A DNA stretch of 38,046 bases, taken from the NCBI GenBank assembly GCA_964583985.1, contig CAZOYD010000032.1, positions 1 to 38,046 on the forward strand. Reading direction: 5' to 3'. The notes below the pieces were generated by a model that saw nothing but the letters and a program-made list of their open reading frames with translations, had not been told where the DNA came from and did no database searches. This document shows positions 36,463-38,046 of this stretch, piece after piece; position 1 is the stretch's first letter; the number at the start of each line of letters is the position of its first letter. The translations under genes were made by a program, and so were the position numbers. The stretch is from an uncultured archaeon (GTDB taxonomy: Archaea > Asgardarchaeota > Lokiarchaeia > Sigyniarchaeales > SOKP01).

Positions 36463-38046
36463 TTAAAGCTTCACAAATAAATGCAATACTGCTCCAATTC
36501 CAAACGCATTTGAAATCACAGTCGCAAACATCAGTTGTATGATGAAGAAGGAACTCAGGATACCCGTCGAAAAACACTTGGTTTTTTCATAGATAAGTGT
36601 ATTTTGGATTATAACGATCAAGAAGATCAAATAGGTAAACAGGACTGAAGGGAAAAATGCCCATGACGATGTTAATGCAATCAAATTAATCTGAACATAA
36701 GTAGCGATGCAAATTATTACATAACTTTTCTGTCTTTCTGATTTTAAAAAACTAAGCAGTGGATAGATCACTTTTCGATACAAAATTTCTAAAGAAAAGT
36801 ATATTGGAAATGCAATTATTGCTAACATTAAATTTAAAGCATTTGAAGGCCACATGAATGCAAATGGATACGAAAATGAGAAGAGCACGTAAACTCCAAT
36901 AAAATACCCGCTACAAAAGATGGCAAAGAGGAGATTTTTGGGTTGAATTTGGGATTTCAAGAGTTCCATAAAATTAAATCTTCGGTTCTCTTGTTTAAGT
37001 TTCCTTGAGTAAATTCTATATGCAATGAATGCATAGATGAGAGAGATGTTTAAAGATGCAATGAAAATTCCTGCTATTCCAAAAATCTGGGAAAAGACTT
37101 CCCAATTTAAAATAAAAATTGTTATATAAACAGCGATCTTTATTCCTTGACGATATTTTGTGAATTTAGATGTTTTGATAGGCTTTAATAAAGAGACATC
37201 GAAATTTCTATCAATACCAATTGGAAATGATTTTGCAGCAAAAGATATCGTTAAAAGGATGATCGTGAATAAGAGACCTAATGTAATGATTATAGATACA
37301 TAATTTAAAAAGTATAAGATGTGAATGGGTCCATTTAATGTTTCCGACTTAAAAAACTTTAATTCAAACCAATTTATCGTGTCAATTAATACGGCATCAG
37401 AGAATAGCTGATGGGGGCTTCCCAACAAAAAGCCATTTATGGGAATCACCGCACAATTTGTAAGATTTTGTGCTTTTAACGCTTGATCCTTAAAATTCAA
37501 TGCGTCATCATGTACAGCCATTATTATTAAGAGGTTATGAGTGTTAGATTCATTAATGAGATTCACGGGGACATATTTAGTGTACTCTGGACTAAAAATC
37601 CCGAGCTGTTGGGGATTGAAGTTTACTAGGGGTGCCCAGGCTACCGTTACGTTAAACCGAGGATCGAGAGCTTGATTCATTAACACCACCATCCCTCCCA
37701 GGGAATGACCAATTAAACCAATCTGAGATGTATTCACCCCCGAATAAAATGGCATCGTTTCTAATGTATCTAACAGTTTGGAACAATCTTCAGCAAGCGC
37801 TGGTATATGGGTAACAGGGTCGATATCACTAATTGTTCCACCACTTTCTCCTTGGCCGTGATAATCCAATGCTACAACATAGAAACCTCGTCTTGTTAAT
37901 TCAATTGGAATTCTTAAATCAAAATCCCTCTGACTGCCAATTCCATGACAATAGATGACAAGGGGGCGAGTATCCTCAAAATCTAAATTTTTAGAGGGAT
38001 AATAGAGATTCGCATACAAAGTCGAACCTGAAGATTCAAATTCAAC
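36463..38046 (-). CDS. Alpha/beta hydrolase with a C-terminal multi-TM domain (5'-truncated by the window edge)
   Basis: YCHG oxyanion region, DYHGQGES, GHSLG nucleophile elbow, candidate Asp/His (HDDAL, PHQ). The frame stays open from 38019 to the window end (VEFESSGSTLYA). Confidence 0.85.
   Translation of the reverse strand, partial: VEFESSGSTLYANLYYPSKNLDFEDTRPLVIYCHGIGSQRDFDLRIPIELTRRGFYVVALDYHGQGESGGTISDIDPVTHIPALAEDCSKLLDTLETMPFYSGVNTSQIGLIGHSLGGMVVLMNQALDPRFNVTVAWAPLVNFNPQQLGIFSPEYTKYVPVNLINESNTHNLLIIMAVHDDALNFKDQALKAQNLTNCAVIPINGFLLGSPHQLFSDAVLIDTINWFELKFFKSETLNGPIHILYFLNYVSIIITLGLLFTIILLTISFAAKSFPIGIDRNFDVSLLKPIKTSKFTKYRQGIKIAVYITIFILNWEVFSQIFGIAGIFIASLNISLIYAFIAYRIYSRKLKQENRRFNFMELLKSQIQPKNLLFAIFCSGYFIGVYVLFSFSYPFAFMWPSNALNLMLAIIAFPIYFSLEILYRKVIYPLLSFLKSERQKSYVIICIATYVQINLIALTSSWAFFPSVLFTYLIFLIVIIQNTLIYEKTKCFSTGILSSFFIIQLMFATVISNAFGIGAVLHLFVKL

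Noticed and set aside
1-38046. Selenoprotein genes (UGA recoding is known in Lokiarchaeia)
   Set aside because: I found no TGA at a Cys-equivalent position in any recognised protein and no SECIS I could support. The only in-frame TGA junction (5122) is in a linker position.

Overview
This is an AT-rich, gene-dense archaeal chromosomal segment. The gene set points to an Asgard archaeon, most likely Lokiarchaeia (inference): a Rab-like small GTPase, a proteasome alpha subunit, archaeal RFC subunits, PolB2, several acyl-CoA ligase paralogues and a giant helical-repeat protein. I found no rRNA, tRNA, CRISPR array, transposase or integrase. Main blocks: (1) a TrmB-type regulator divergent from an unannotated 43-aa four-Cys microprotein and a GyrI-like protein; (2) a PolB2 cassette (inactive RadA-like protein, small helical partner, exonuclease-dead PolB2) split by two opposite-strand genes; (3) three long-chain acyl-CoA ligases plus a sirtuin; (4) Rab-like GTPase, proteasome alpha and a UPF0182 protein; (5) a winged-helix protein, a 1624-aa repeat protein with mosaic 390-bp DNA repeats and a CdrS/aCcr1-like RHH regulator; (6) GNAT plus a three-gene RFC clamp loader; (7) an ECF S-like protein, PepT, an MFS transporter and a 5'-truncated membrane alpha/beta hydrolase. 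The best candidates for new biology are the putative PCNA-docked PolB2 mutasome, the HiPIP/BssC-like microprotein and the giant repeat protein locus. All family calls come from motifs recognised by eye; no searches were run.
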